Assembly (NCBI GenBank): GCA_021295775.1
Contig: JAGWBS010000014.1
Span: 10,199-74,198 of the forward strand
Direction of reading: 5' to 3'
Source: Pseudomonadota bacterium
GTDB lineage: Bacteria; Myxococcota_A; UBA9160; SZUA-336
DNA length: 64,000 nucleotides
Shown here: positions 24,389 to 33,802 of the stretch, one piece after another
Position numbering within the stretch: the stretch's first letter is position 1
Layout of the letters: each line of letters begins with the position of its first letter
The notes under the pieces: model-generated
The model's database searches: none
What the model saw: only the letters and a program-made list of their open reading frames with translations
What the model was told of the DNA's origin: nothing
Made by a program: the position numbers and the translations under genes

Positions 24389-27213
24389 TCACTCACTCCC
24401 TTCGACCGCGGTCCGAATGCAGCCCTCGACAGAAGCGGGCCGATCGCTTCGGCCGAAGCGCGAGGATGCCCGATCGCCGGGGAGATTTCAGAGTCGCCGT
24501 TCGGCGCGCCGCGGGCGGAAGGGACTCCGCCCGCGGCCCAGTTGAAGCCGACGCGCACGCCGTAGAAGCGCGGACGGGTCAGGCCGTAGCCGACCGGCTG
24601 CCGGACCAGGGCCGTGACGATCAGCCGCAGGTAGCGGGTGTCGTCTTCGATGTTGTCCACGAAAGCCTCGGCCCACCAGCGCTCATCGGCGTCCCGCCAG
24701 ATCACGCGGGCGTCCGAGCGGGTGTAGGCGTCGACCTTTCCGATCTCTCGGTTGAACGGATCGAGGTAGTAGTCGTCCGTCCACGAGGACGTGAGCACGC
24801 CGGTCAGCGATCCGCTGTCCCCGAGATCCCAGCGGTAGCTGGTCCGCAGAGCGATCTTCAAGTTGGGAGAGTCCTCGAGATCGTTCCCCTCCAGGTTGCG
24901 CAGGGGAGAGATGTTCGAGTAACCCGGATCCAGATCCGCTTCGCAGCCGGGATCCACCGCCACGTCGGTGATGAAGGCGTCGCCGGTGGCGCGAAGAGCG
25001 CCCAGCCAAGGGATTCCCCCAGGGTGGTTGGAGTTCACCCAAAGCTCGTCCAGGCTGCAGTAGTCGCTGATCTCGGTATCCAGGTAGCCGATCGAGAACT
25101 GGGTCCGCCACTGGTCGATCGGCTGGAAGTCGAGCTCCGCTTCCAGGCCCCAGATTTCCGCCTCGCCGGCGTTCTCGGTGCGCACCTGGAGGCCGACCAG
25201 CTTCTGGACCTGCAGCTCGGTGTAGTCGTAGCTGAACGCGTTCAGGCTCAAGTTCAGGCGCCGGTCGAAGAGCGAGCTTCGCAGCCCGACCTCCCAGGCG
25301 TCCACGATTTCCGGATTGATGTCGTAGGGCGCCTGGAGATCATTATCGAACCGGGAATAGCCGGGCTTGTAGCCGCGCGACCACTTGAGGAAGAACATCT
25401 GGTCGTCGGCGAAGTACCAGCGGAAGCCGATCTCCCCGGTGGTTTCGGAGAACTCGTTCTTGACCGAAATCCCCTCGATAGCCTGGGTCTCGAGGTCGTC
25501 GTGCTCGTCGGTGTTGTGGCGGACGCCGCCGAAGAACTCGAGCGGCTCGAAGGGCCGGTAGTTGACGCTGGCGAAGGGCGCGACGCCGCTGCTCTCCCAG
25601 AAGGGTCCCCGCCCCGAGCACCAGCCGGGACTCAGCCAGGTGCCGTGGCACTTCCCGGTGATGGGGTCATAGCCCGAGGGGCTGGCGTTGCTGCGCGCGT
25701 CGGGGTGGGTTGTATCGATGTTGTAGAACTGGGGATTGTTGTTGAGATCGGAGTCGAACCAGAAATAACCGAGAATCCAGTCGACAGGGCCTTCGGAATC
25801 GGAGGAAAGCCTGAACTCGAAGGTCGTGTGGCTCGCCGTGATGTCGGAAACCGTGTCGAGAATCCGGTAGATCGAGCCGTCCGATTCGGGGCGCTGGTCT
25901 TCCTGGAAGTCCGAGTAGCCGCCGATGATGTTGAGCGTCAGGTCGCCCAGGATGCCGAACTCGCCCAGGTTCCACTCGACTTCGCCGTTCCAGCCGTGGA
26001 TGCGAATCCGCGCGTCGCCGTGCTGAAGCACGTTGTTGGTGTTGGAGTCGCGGTCTCCATCCGGGAAGGGGGCGTTCGGGCGCCCGATGTCGGAGGGGGA
26101 CAGGCCGAAGATGCCCAGAAACCCACCGTAGGCCGCGTCGCCAATGATCGTGTTCAGAGCGTCCTGATTCGCCATCGGGAGCATGCTGAACGACTCTTCG
26201 GTGAGACCCTCGCCCGCCAGGACAGCGGCTCTGGTTCCATTGTACGTGGGGGTGCCGGGTGCGGTTGCTCCCTGCGCCGCCGCCCCGAAGAGCGTGTAGC
26301 CGTAGAACGGATCCCAGGGCAGCGATCCCCCCAGGAAGCCAGAGCGCTGGTAGTTGTCGATGAACGCCCCGGGGACCGCGAGCGAGGAGTTGGAATCGGT
26401 CGTGCTGTAGTGGCCGCGGGCCGTGATCGAAAAATTCTCGTTGACCTGCGAGCGCAGGATTCCGCGGAAGTGGTAGTCGTCCGCCGCGCCGCCGTCCTCG
26501 TCGTCGGGCAGATGCGGGCTGTCCACGGGGCCGTCGTGCTGCAGGTGGGTGGCGACGAAGCGGCCGGTGAGAATCTCGTTCCCCTCGCCGAAGAAGGGGA
26601 TGTTCAGGCCGGCCCGGGCTTCGCGCATGCTCCTGTTGCCGACGCCGAAGTCCGCGAAGGCCTCGTAGGAAGCGTGAGGATCCCTCCACTTCAGGTTCAT
26701 GGCTCCGGCGGTGCCGTTGCGCCCGTAGGTCACCCCCGAGGGACCGCGCAGGAACTCGACGCCGTCCAGGTCGTACCAGGAGTTGAGCATGGCGCCCGGG
26801 GCGGTTTCGTTGCCGTAGAAGACGCCGTTGATGTGCTGGGCTACGGAACCCGCGATCGAGTCGAATCCCAGCGAGATGCCGCGGACCGTGATGGCGTTCG
26901 CCTCGCGCGAGGCCTTGGTGATCACGTTGGGGATCAGGATGGCCAGGTCAGCGGTCCGCTGGATGTTGGCCTCCTGGATCTGCTCCGGAGACATGGCCGT
27001 GATCGAGGCGGGCACGTCCTGCAGGCTCTCGTCGCGCTTGGTCACCGTGACGGTGATCTCTTCGATCCCTCTGGGCGCGGCGGCCTCCTCCGGCGCCGCC
27101 TCTTCCGCCTCCTGGGCGAAAGCGGCGCCCGAACTCAAGGTCAGCGCGATCAGCGCGGCCAGCGTTGCCCGGCGGCCCGGCTTGGTCGATGCGAATAATG
27201 ATGCAAGGAGCAT
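24385..27213 (-). CDS. TonB-dependent outer-membrane receptor
   Basis: 942 aa from ATG 27213 (AAGGGGA upstream). Signal peptide 'MLLASLFASTKPGRRATLAALIALTLSSGAAFAQE'. Plug domain 'IEEITVTVTKRDESLQDVP...LDGVEFLRGPSGVTYGRNGTAGAMNL'. C-terminal 'RFYGVRVGFNW' is followed by a 54-aa extension. Upstream 160 codons of the listed ORF are shadow. Confidence 0.85.
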   Translation of the reverse strand: MLLASLFASTKPGRRATLAALIALTLSSGAAFAQEAEEAAPEEAAAPRGIEEITVTVTKRDESLQDVPASITAMSPEQIQEANIQRTADLAILIPNVITKASREANAITVRGISLGFDSIAGSVAQHINGVFYGNETAPGAMLNSWYDLDGVEFLRGPSGVTYGRNGTAGAMNLKWRDPHASYEAFADFGVGNRSMREARAGLNIPFFGEGNEILTGRFVATHLQHDGPVDSPHLPDDEDGGAADDYHFRGILRSQVNENFSITARGHYSTTDSNSSLAVPGAFIDNYQRSGFLGGSLPWDPFYGYTLFGAAAQGATAPGTPTYNGTRAAVLAGEGLTEESFSMLPMANQDALNTIIGDAAYGGFLGIFGLSPSDIGRPNAPFPDGDRDSNTNNVLQHGDARIRIHGWNGEVEWNLGEFGILGDLTLNIIGGYSDFQEDQRPESDGSIYRILDTVSDITASHTTFEFRLSSDSEGPVDWILGYFWFDSDLNNNPQFYNIDTTHPDARSNASPSGYDPITGKCHGTWLSPGWCSGRGPFWESSGVAPFASVNYRPFEPLEFFGGVRHNTDEHDDLETQAIEGISVKNEFSETTGEIGFRWYFADDQMFFLKWSRGYKPGYSRFDNDLQAPYDINPEIVDAWEVGLRSSLFDRRLNLSLNAFSYDYTELQVQKLVGLQVRTENAGEAEIWGLEAELDFQPIDQWRTQFSIGYLDTEISDYCSLDELWVNSNHPGGIPWLGALRATGDAFITDVAVDPGCEADLDPGYSNISPLRNLEGNDLEDSPNLKIALRTSYRWDLGDSGSLTGVLTSSWTDDYYLDPFNREIGKVDAYTRSDARVIWRDADERWWAEAFVDNIEDDTRYLRLIVTALVRQPVGYGLTRPRFYGVRVGFNWAAGGVPSARGAPNGDSEISPAIGHPRASAEAIGPLLSRAAFGPRSKGVSE

Positions 27214-27329
27214 GTCCCGATCCCCTTCTCGTCTCTGTGATGACGACAGAATCCCCTCTGGATAGTCTACGCCTATCCGTACTATTTCTGGCAACCTCCG
27301 TTTGGACGGGCGGGGCGGATTCCCATCAT

Positions 27330-28379
27330 TTAGAAAGGGCGGGTCTCGCCGATCTTCAGCACCCACGTCCGGTCCGAGTCCAGTCCGGCGGCCGTGGCGG
27401 ACGCCCGAAAGCGCCGTGGCGGCTCGTCGAACGGCTCGGTGGTCAGTTCGAAGGTGCCGAAGTGGATCCCCAGCGCGCGCTTCGCCCGCAGTTCGCGCGC
27501 GGCGGCCGCGGCCTCTTCGGGGTCGAGGTGCACCGGCCGCATCATCGCGGCCGGCTCGTAGGCGCCGATCGGCAGCGCCGCCAGGTCGAAGGGGCCCAGG
27601 GTCCGGCCGATGCGCGCGAAGCCGTCGAACCACCCCGTGTCCCCGCCGAAGTAGAAGCGCCGGTCCGGACCGGTCACGGCCCAGGACGCCCACAGCGCCT
27701 CGCGCGCGTCGGTCAGCCCGCGCGAGCTCCAGTGCCGGGCGGGAAGGCAGTGCAGCTCCGCCTGCCCCAGGCGCAGGGACTCGCCCCAGTCGAGTTCCGT
27801 CAGGTTCGAGATCCCGTGCTTTCGCAACAGCTCGGCGTTGCCGGCGGGAACGATGAAACGGGTACTAGGGGAGCGCCGCGCGAGCCGGCGCAGCGTGGGC
27901 ACGTCCAGGTGGTCGTAGTGGTTGTGCGAGATCAGCACGAAGTCGATCGGGGGCAGTTCGTCGAAGGCTACCCCGGGAGGCACGTGTCGGCGCGGCCCGG
28001 CCCAGGCCACCGGGCTGGCGCGCTTGGACCAGGTCGGGTCGGTCAGGAACGTCAGGCCGCTCATCTGAACCAGCAGCGTGGCGTGGCCGATCCAGGTCAC
28101 GGCCGGGACTTCGCCCGCGGCGTTGGCGCGCAGCCAGGCGCCGTCGTTGGGGACGACCTCCGGGCTCGGTCCGCGCTGCCGGAACAGTCCGGTCAGGAAG
28201 CGCAGCCCGAAACCGACCCGCACCGACCAGGGCCCGCGGTCGATCGGTCCGTCGAGGTTCAGGTAGCGCCCTTCGGAATCGCGCGGGGCGGGGCCGAACT
28301 CCCGTGCGGGCGCGGCCGTTCCGGTCCCGCCCAGCGAGAGCGCGACGAGGCTGGCGGCGAGCAGGCGGCGGAACCTCAC
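27330..28379 (-). CDS. MBL-fold metallo-hydrolase (NAPE-PLD-like), secreted
   Basis: 349 aa. Signal peptide. 'ISHNHYDHLD' zinc-binding motif. GTG start. Confidence 0.8.
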   Translation of the reverse strand: MRFRRLLAASLVALSLGGTGTAAPAREFGPAPRDSEGRYLNLDGPIDRGPWSVRVGFGLRFLTGLFRQRGPSPEVVPNDGAWLRANAAGEVPAVTWIGHATLLVQMSGLTFLTDPTWSKRASPVAWAGPRRHVPPGVAFDELPPIDFVLISHNHYDHLDVPTLRRLARRSPSTRFIVPAGNAELLRKHGISNLTELDWGESLRLGQAELHCLPARHWSSRGLTDAREALWASWAVTGPDRRFYFGGDTGWFDGFARIGRTLGPFDLAALPIGAYEPAAMMRPVHLDPEEAAAAARELRAKRALGIHFGTFELTTEPFDEPPRRFRASATAAGLDSDRTWVLKIGETRPF

Positions 28380-28383
28380 GGCC

Positions 28384-29709
28384 TCAGTCCGCCTCCAGGT
28401 CCGCGGCCAGGTGGCGCGCGGCCAGCCAGTTGTGGAGCGTGCCCTGCAGGTGCACCAGGCCGACGATCAGCAGGCCGTAGCGGATGGCGTCGGCTCCGAC
28501 GCTCGGCGCGAACGCGTCGTTGACCAGCCCGACCGCGAGCGGGCCCAGGCCCATGCCGATCAGGTTGTAGCTGCCGGTCGTGATCGCAGAAGCCTGGGAG
28601 CGCATCGAGGGCCGGGCGATGCTCTGCGTCATGGCCAGCGTCGGTCCGTTGTACATCGAGCCGAAGAACGACCCGGGGATCAGCACCAGCGGCGCCGCCA
28701 GCAGCGCGGTCGTTCCCAGCGACAGCGTGGAGCCGCTCGGCCAGAGCACGAAGGCGACGCTGAACGGCAGCGCCAGCAGCGAACTCAGGGCCGGGATCCA
28801 CATGTACCAGCGGATGTCGCGCTTGCCGAGCGCGTCCGCCAGCCAGCCTCCGAGCAGCGTCCCCACGATGCTGACCATCGGTCCGACCGCCATGTAGGTC
28901 AGCGCCGCAGACCCGACCGGAAGTCCGTGCAGGCGGATCAGGTAGGAGACGTAGAACGCGCTGGCGCCCATGCTGGCGAAGGCGTGGAAGCCCGCCCCGG
29001 CCACCATGTGGACGAACGAGCGGCGGCCCAGCAGGAAGCGGGCCACCTCGGAGACCGAGGGCGGAGGCTCGCTGCGGCCTGGCGCGTCGAGCGCCCCCCG
29101 GACCGGCTCGCGCACACTGAGCCGGACCAAGATCGCCAGCAGCGCGCCCGGGAGGCCGACCACGAAGAACGCGACGCGCCAACCGTAGAGTTCGGCGATG
29201 GTTCCGCCCAGGCCCATTCCCAGCGCGATGCCCAGGATGCCGCCGAAGCCGAAGATCGACATCACCCGCGCGCGCAGGTGCAGGGGGAAGTAGTCGCACA
29301 GGAGGGAGTGCGCGGGCGCGCTGCCGCAGCCCTCGGCCGCGCTGACCCCGACCCGCGCCGCGAACAGGTCCGCATAGCCGCGGGCCAGTCCGGAGAGCGC
29401 CGTCAGACCGCTCCAGACGAACAGCCCGCCGGCGACGATCGAGCGCCGTACCGAGCGGTCCGCCCAGCGCGCGATGATCAGGCTGGCGATGATGTGGACG
29501 ACCGCGAACGAGGTGCCGACCAGCAGCCCCATCGCGGTGTCGGAGACGCCGAACTCGAGCTTGATCGGCTCCAGCAGCGCGTTGAGGATGTTGCGGTCGG
29601 CGACGTTGAAGGCCGTGACCAGCACGAACACGCCCAGCACGTACCAGGCATAGCCCCCCGCCCCGCCCGCCGTCCCCCGGGGCGCGCCGCTCTGCGCCGC
29701 GTCGTGCAT
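28384..29709 (-). CDS. MFS transporter
   Basis: 441 aa, ~12 TM helices. MFS motif A-like 'IARWADRSVRRSI'. Confidence 0.85.
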   Translation of the reverse strand: MHDAAQSGAPRGTAGGAGGYAWYVLGVFVLVTAFNVADRNILNALLEPIKLEFGVSDTAMGLLVGTSFAVVHIIASLIIARWADRSVRRSIVAGGLFVWSGLTALSGLARGYADLFAARVGVSAAEGCGSAPAHSLLCDYFPLHLRARVMSIFGFGGILGIALGMGLGGTIAELYGWRVAFFVVGLPGALLAILVRLSVREPVRGALDAPGRSEPPPSVSEVARFLLGRRSFVHMVAGAGFHAFASMGASAFYVSYLIRLHGLPVGSAALTYMAVGPMVSIVGTLLGGWLADALGKRDIRWYMWIPALSSLLALPFSVAFVLWPSGSTLSLGTTALLAAPLVLIPGSFFGSMYNGPTLAMTQSIARPSMRSQASAITTGSYNLIGMGLGPLAVGLVNDAFAPSVGADAIRYGLLIVGLVHLQGTLHNWLAARHLAADLEAD

Positions 29710-29718
29710 GGCTTCAGG

Positions 29719-30501
29719 TCAGCGCCACTTCCAGTCGGGATCGCGCCGCTCCCGGAAGGCGCGCCGGGCCTCGGCGGAATCCTCGAACCCCAGCATCCGG
29801 GTGGTGTAGTCCTGCTCGCTGCGGTAGGCATCCTTGAGCGGCAGGAACTCGACGCGGTTCATCGACTCCTTGGCCAGGCGCAGCGCGATCGGGCTCTTGG
29901 AGGCCAGCTCCGCGGCCAGTTCGCGGGCGGCGCCGAGCAGCTCATCGCGCGGCACCACGCGGCGCACCGCGCCCAGGCGGTGCAGTTCGGCCGCGCTCAC
30001 GCGCTCGCCGGTGAAGAACATCTCGCGCGCCTTGTGCCGGCCGACCAGCAGCGACAGGTGCGCGCTGGCACCGAGCAGGCCGACGTTGATCTCGGTGGTT
30101 GCGAACCAGGCCTCCTCGGCCGCCAGGATGATGTCGCAGCAGGCGGCGAAGGCCAAGCCGCCGCCGATCGCGGCGCCGTTGATCGCGCCGATCACCGGAA
30201 CCGCGCAGTCGGTGATCGCCCACATGGCCTCGCGCACCGCCAGACCCGGGTCGGTGGTGTGGGTGGCGGAGCGTTCCGATATGTCCCCGCGCGGGCCGTC
30301 GCCGCTCAGGTCGGCGCCCGCCATGAACGCGCGCTTGCCCGCGGCGGTGAAGATCGCCACCCGCACGTCCCGGTCGTCGTTCAGACCGGCGAAAGCCTCG
30401 CGGATCTCCAGGTAGGTTTCGGTGTCGGCCGCGTTCACCGGCGGCCGGTCCAGGGTGACCGTCGCGACGTGATCGCTCCGCTCGACCGTTATCCAACGCA
30501 T
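29719..30501 (-). CDS. enoyl-CoA hydratase/isomerase (crotonase) family protein
   Basis: 260 aa from ATG 30501 (GGGGAGGG 9 nt upstream): 'MRWITVERSDHVATVTLDRPPVNA...FTAAGKRAFMAGADL...VIGAINGAAIGGGLAFA'. Alternative TTG 30531 overlaps the upstream stop. Confidence 0.8.
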   Translation of the reverse strand: MRWITVERSDHVATVTLDRPPVNAADTETYLEIREAFAGLNDDRDVRVAIFTAAGKRAFMAGADLSGDGPRGDISERSATHTTDPGLAVREAMWAITDCAVPVIGAINGAAIGGGLAFAACCDIILAAEEAWFATTEINVGLLGASAHLSLLVGRHKAREMFFTGERVSAAELHRLGAVRRVVPRDELLGAARELAAELASKSPIALRLAKESMNRVEFLPLKDAYRSEQDYTTRMLGFEDSAEARRAFRERRDPDWKWR

Positions 30502-30527
30502 GCCGATTCCGCCCTCCCCGGGATGAC

Positions 30528-32927
30528 TCAAGCTTCCGCGACGACGCCCCGCTCCAGCAGCGCCTCCACAGCCCCGGGCGCGTAGCCGATCTCCCCCAGG
30601 ATCTCGCGGGTGTGCTCGCCGGCCCGGTATCCGCCCCCGGGGCGAGCCGGGCGCTCGCAGCTCACCCCGGCTCCGTAGCGGCGGTACGGACCGAAGGCCG
30701 ATTCCTCCACGTCGACCACGTACCCCAGCTCACGGGCCCACTCCTGCTCGAAGAGCCATTGTGGATAGGCGCCCCGATCGGCGCGCACGCAAGCGACGCC
30801 GCGCGAAGTCAGCTCGCGCTCCAGCGCGTCGGCTTCGCGGGCGGCCAGGGTCTCCGCGAGCTGCTTGGCCAACTCGCCGGCGTTGCGGCCGCGCGCCTGC
30901 GGCTCCCGAAAGCGCGGGTCCCGCGCCAGATCCTGCCTGGCGAGAGCGCCGCAGAGACGTTCGAAGGCGCGCTGGCTCGGGGCGGCCAGGAACACCCAGC
31001 CGTCGCGCGCCGGGTAGAGCCGGTACAGCGGACCCAGCCCCAGCAGCTCGGCGTCGGGCTGCTCCTGGGGAGGCCGGCCGGCGTAGTCGATGAAGTCGGC
31101 GGACATCATGTAGGCGTTGGAGAGCATCATCCGCGTCTCCATCGCCAGGCCCTCGCCGCGGCGCTCGGCGACGTACAGTCCCAGCGTCAGCGCAGCGGCC
31201 GCCGCGACGGCGGAATTGAAGTCCGGGTTGGCCTCGTTGCAGCGCTCGAGGTAGTGCGCGGTCCGCGCGGCCTCGTCCGGGGTCAGCTCGGCGTCCGGCG
31301 GCGGAGGCATCGCCCGCCCCGCCTGGGCGTGCGCGCCGCCGCAGACGGCGCCGCCAGTGACGTGGAACGCCGCCGCCCAGGCCCGCGGCCCGCTCGATCC
31401 GTACGAGCCGTTGTACAGGTAGACGAGCCGGGGATTGATCTCGCGCAGCGTCGGGTAGTCGATGCCGAGGCGCTCGGGCGCGCCCGGGCGGTAGCCGTGC
31501 ACCAGCGCGTCCGCCCGCGCGACCAGCCGGTGGACGATCTCGCGCCCCTCGTCCCGCTTGAGGTCGACCGCGACGCTCTGCTTGCCCTGGATCATCTTGA
31601 GAGCGGTCAGGCGCCCGCTGTGGCGCATCGGATCGCCCTCCAGCGGCTCGATCTTGATCACCCGCGCGCCCAGATCGGCGAGCTGGGTGCTGCTGAAGGG
31701 CGTCGCGATCCACATGCCAAACTCCAGCACGGTGACGCCGCCCAGGATCCCCTGCGGCGCGGGCTCGCCGCCGCTGCCCGGAGTCGGGCGGCGCTCGCCG
31801 GACCAGCCGCGGCCGGCCAGAGATCCCGGCGCCGGCGCGGGCGAGGTCTGGAAAGCGGGCGAGCCCTTCAGGTCGATCAGCGGACCGAGCTGGCGCGTCG
31901 GACCCACTTCGGGATCGGTCAGCTCGCGCGAATCGCCCATGTGCAAGAACTGGGGGTGGTCCAGCGCCTCGCCGGGCGCCCAGAAGGGCTCGACCGCGAT
32001 GTTCCGCTCGCCCTCGAAGACCGCCTGCCACTCGGCCCAGGTCTTCTGCGCCATTCGCTCCAGGATCCGCGCCCGCAGCTCCCGGAGCTTGTCGGGATCG
32101 GTGCCGCCCGCGCCCATCGACTCGCGGTAGCTCAGGCCGGGGTCGAGATCGATCAGGCGGAAGAAGGTCTCGAACAGCGCGGGGCCGTTCTGGGCGAACT
32201 GCAGCCACACCCCGTCCGCCGTGCGGGCGATGCTGTAGGGCACGAAGGGCGAGTCGCCGTGCCGCAGCTCTCCGGTCATGCCGGGCAGCCAGTGCGTCAT
32301 GTCGTAGACGCTCAGCGCCTGGGCCAGGCTGGTCTCCAGTCGCTGTCCGCGGCCCGTGCGCTCGCGCTCGCGCAGCGCGGCGAAGACCCCCTGCAGCGCC
32401 AGCATGGCCGCGCCGTGCGCAACCACCGGCGCGGCCGCGAAGGCCGGACGCTCGCCGCCGAAGAGCACCGAGAACTCGTACATGCGGCCGCCCTTGGCGG
32501 CCATCACGCCGTCGTAGACGGGTACGTCGCGATACGGGCCGCGCGAGCCGAAGCCGCTCAGCGCGCAATACACCAGCCCCGGGTTGGACTCCGCCAGGCT
32601 CTCGTACTCCAGGCCGAAGCGCTCCACGCTGGCGGGCTTGAGTCCCAGCAGCGCGACGTCCGCCTCCGCGGCGAGTTCCCGCACGCGCCGCCGGCCCGCG
32701 GGGTCGCCCAGGTCGGCCAGCTCGCTCTGCTTGCCGCGCGACCACATCCGGAAGGCGGGCCGGGCGCGCAACGGGTCGCCCCCGGGCGGCTCGATCCGGA
32801 TCACCTCGGCGGCGTTGTCGGCCAGCACCATCCCGGCGACGGCCAGCGAGACGCTGGATCCCAGCTCGAGCACGCGCAGGCCCGCCGCGACGCCTTGCCC
32901 GCCTTCCGCTGCCGGGTTCGCTACCAT
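30528..32927 (-). CDS. tandem-fused family III CoA-transferase (two complete CaiB/BaiF domains in one 799-aa chain)
   Basis: ATG at 32927. Domain 1 'LRVLELGSSVSLAVAGMVLADNAAEVIRIEPPGGDPLR...'. Domain 2 'VTVLEFGMWIATPFSSTQLADLGARVIKIEPLEGDPMR...'. Upstream 156 codons of the listed ORF are shadow. Confidence 0.8.
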   Translation of the reverse strand: MVANPAAEGGQGVAAGLRVLELGSSVSLAVAGMVLADNAAEVIRIEPPGGDPLRARPAFRMWSRGKQSELADLGDPAGRRRVRELAAEADVALLGLKPASVERFGLEYESLAESNPGLVYCALSGFGSRGPYRDVPVYDGVMAAKGGRMYEFSVLFGGERPAFAAAPVVAHGAAMLALQGVFAALRERERTGRGQRLETSLAQALSVYDMTHWLPGMTGELRHGDSPFVPYSIARTADGVWLQFAQNGPALFETFFRLIDLDPGLSYRESMGAGGTDPDKLRELRARILERMAQKTWAEWQAVFEGERNIAVEPFWAPGEALDHPQFLHMGDSRELTDPEVGPTRQLGPLIDLKGSPAFQTSPAPAPGSLAGRGWSGERRPTPGSGGEPAPQGILGGVTVLEFGMWIATPFSSTQLADLGARVIKIEPLEGDPMRHSGRLTALKMIQGKQSVAVDLKRDEGREIVHRLVARADALVHGYRPGAPERLGIDYPTLREINPRLVYLYNGSYGSSGPRAWAAAFHVTGGAVCGGAHAQAGRAMPPPPDAELTPDEAARTAHYLERCNEANPDFNSAVAAAAALTLGLYVAERRGEGLAMETRMMLSNAYMMSADFIDYAGRPPQEQPDAELLGLGPLYRLYPARDGWVFLAAPSQRAFERLCGALARQDLARDPRFREPQARGRNAGELAKQLAETLAAREADALERELTSRGVACVRADRGAYPQWLFEQEWARELGYVVDVEESAFGPYRRYGAGVSCERPARPGGGYRAGEHTREILGEIGYAPGAVEALLERGVVAEA

Positions 32928-32974
32928 CGGCCGAGCATACCACCGGCCCGCGGCGGACCCTCCGGCCGGCGGCG

Positions 32975-33802
32975 CTATCCCTCCCGGACGGGACGGCCGC
33001 CGAGGACGACGTGGAACTGGCGCTCCGGGGCGTTCGCCGGCGTGCGCCGGATTCCGCCCGAGCCGTCGGGCATCAGCCAGTCGGCCCCGTCCGGCGCGAA
33101 CTGCACGATGTAGGCCTTGCGGACGTCCCCGCCCACGTTCGGACCGGTGCGATGCGGGGTCAGACTGGAGAAGACCGCCACGCTTCCCGGCCGCAGCGGC
33201 ACCGGGACGCCCGGGAAGTCGTCGGGCAGGCAGCGGAAGCCCAGCTCGGAGGGTTCGTGCGCGAGCGTGCCCTGGCGGTGCAGCCCCGGCGCGACCTGGG
33301 GACAGCCGTTGCGCTCGTCGGCCTCGGTCAGCGCGATCCAGCAGGTCAGGTACTGCTGCGGCTCGATGAAGGTGTATCCGTTGTCCTGGTGCCACGGGAA
33401 CCCGCGGCGGTCGCCGGGCTTCTTGTAGACCGCCTGGTCCCAGTACAGCCGGACGTCGGGACCCAGCACGTCGGACGCGATCTCGCGCAGCGGAGCCGAG
33501 CGGACGAAGTCCCGGAGCCGCTCGGAGCGCGCGACCAGGTGGGCCGAGAAGGTGAGTTCGCCCGCGCGGCCGATGAACGCCCGGCCGCCCTCCTGCTCAG
33601 CCAGGAACGCCTCCGTCTCGCGCTCGAAGGGATCGATCTCGGCGATCAGGCGCTCCACCTCGTCGGGGGAGAACGCGTCCTCGAACGCGAACCAGCCCTG
33701 CGCGTTGTAGAGCTCGGCCTGCGCCGGGGAGAGCCGGCGGAAGGGGGCCCGGATCGGCCGCCAGTCGAAGCCGCGATTGAGTTTGTGGCGGGGGTGGTTC
33801 AC
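32975..33802 (-). CDS. phytanoyl-CoA dioxygenase (PhyH) family Fe(II)/2-oxoglutarate oxygenase
   Basis: 275 aa from GTG 33802 (GGGAG upstream; GTGA overlap with the GH3 stop). 'FPWHQDNGY...CWIALTEADERNGCPQVAPGLH...PGSVAVFSSLTPHRTGPN' carries the HxD...H facial triad. Confidence 0.75.
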   Translation of the reverse strand: MNHPRHKLNRGFDWRPIRAPFRRLSPAQAELYNAQGWFAFEDAFSPDEVERLIAEIDPFERETEAFLAEQEGGRAFIGRAGELTFSAHLVARSERLRDFVRSAPLREIASDVLGPDVRLYWDQAVYKKPGDRRGFPWHQDNGYTFIEPQQYLTCWIALTEADERNGCPQVAPGLHRQGTLAHEPSELGFRCLPDDFPGVPVPLRPGSVAVFSSLTPHRTGPNVGGDVRKAYIVQFAPDGADWLMPDGSGGIRRTPANAPERQFHVVLGGRPVREG

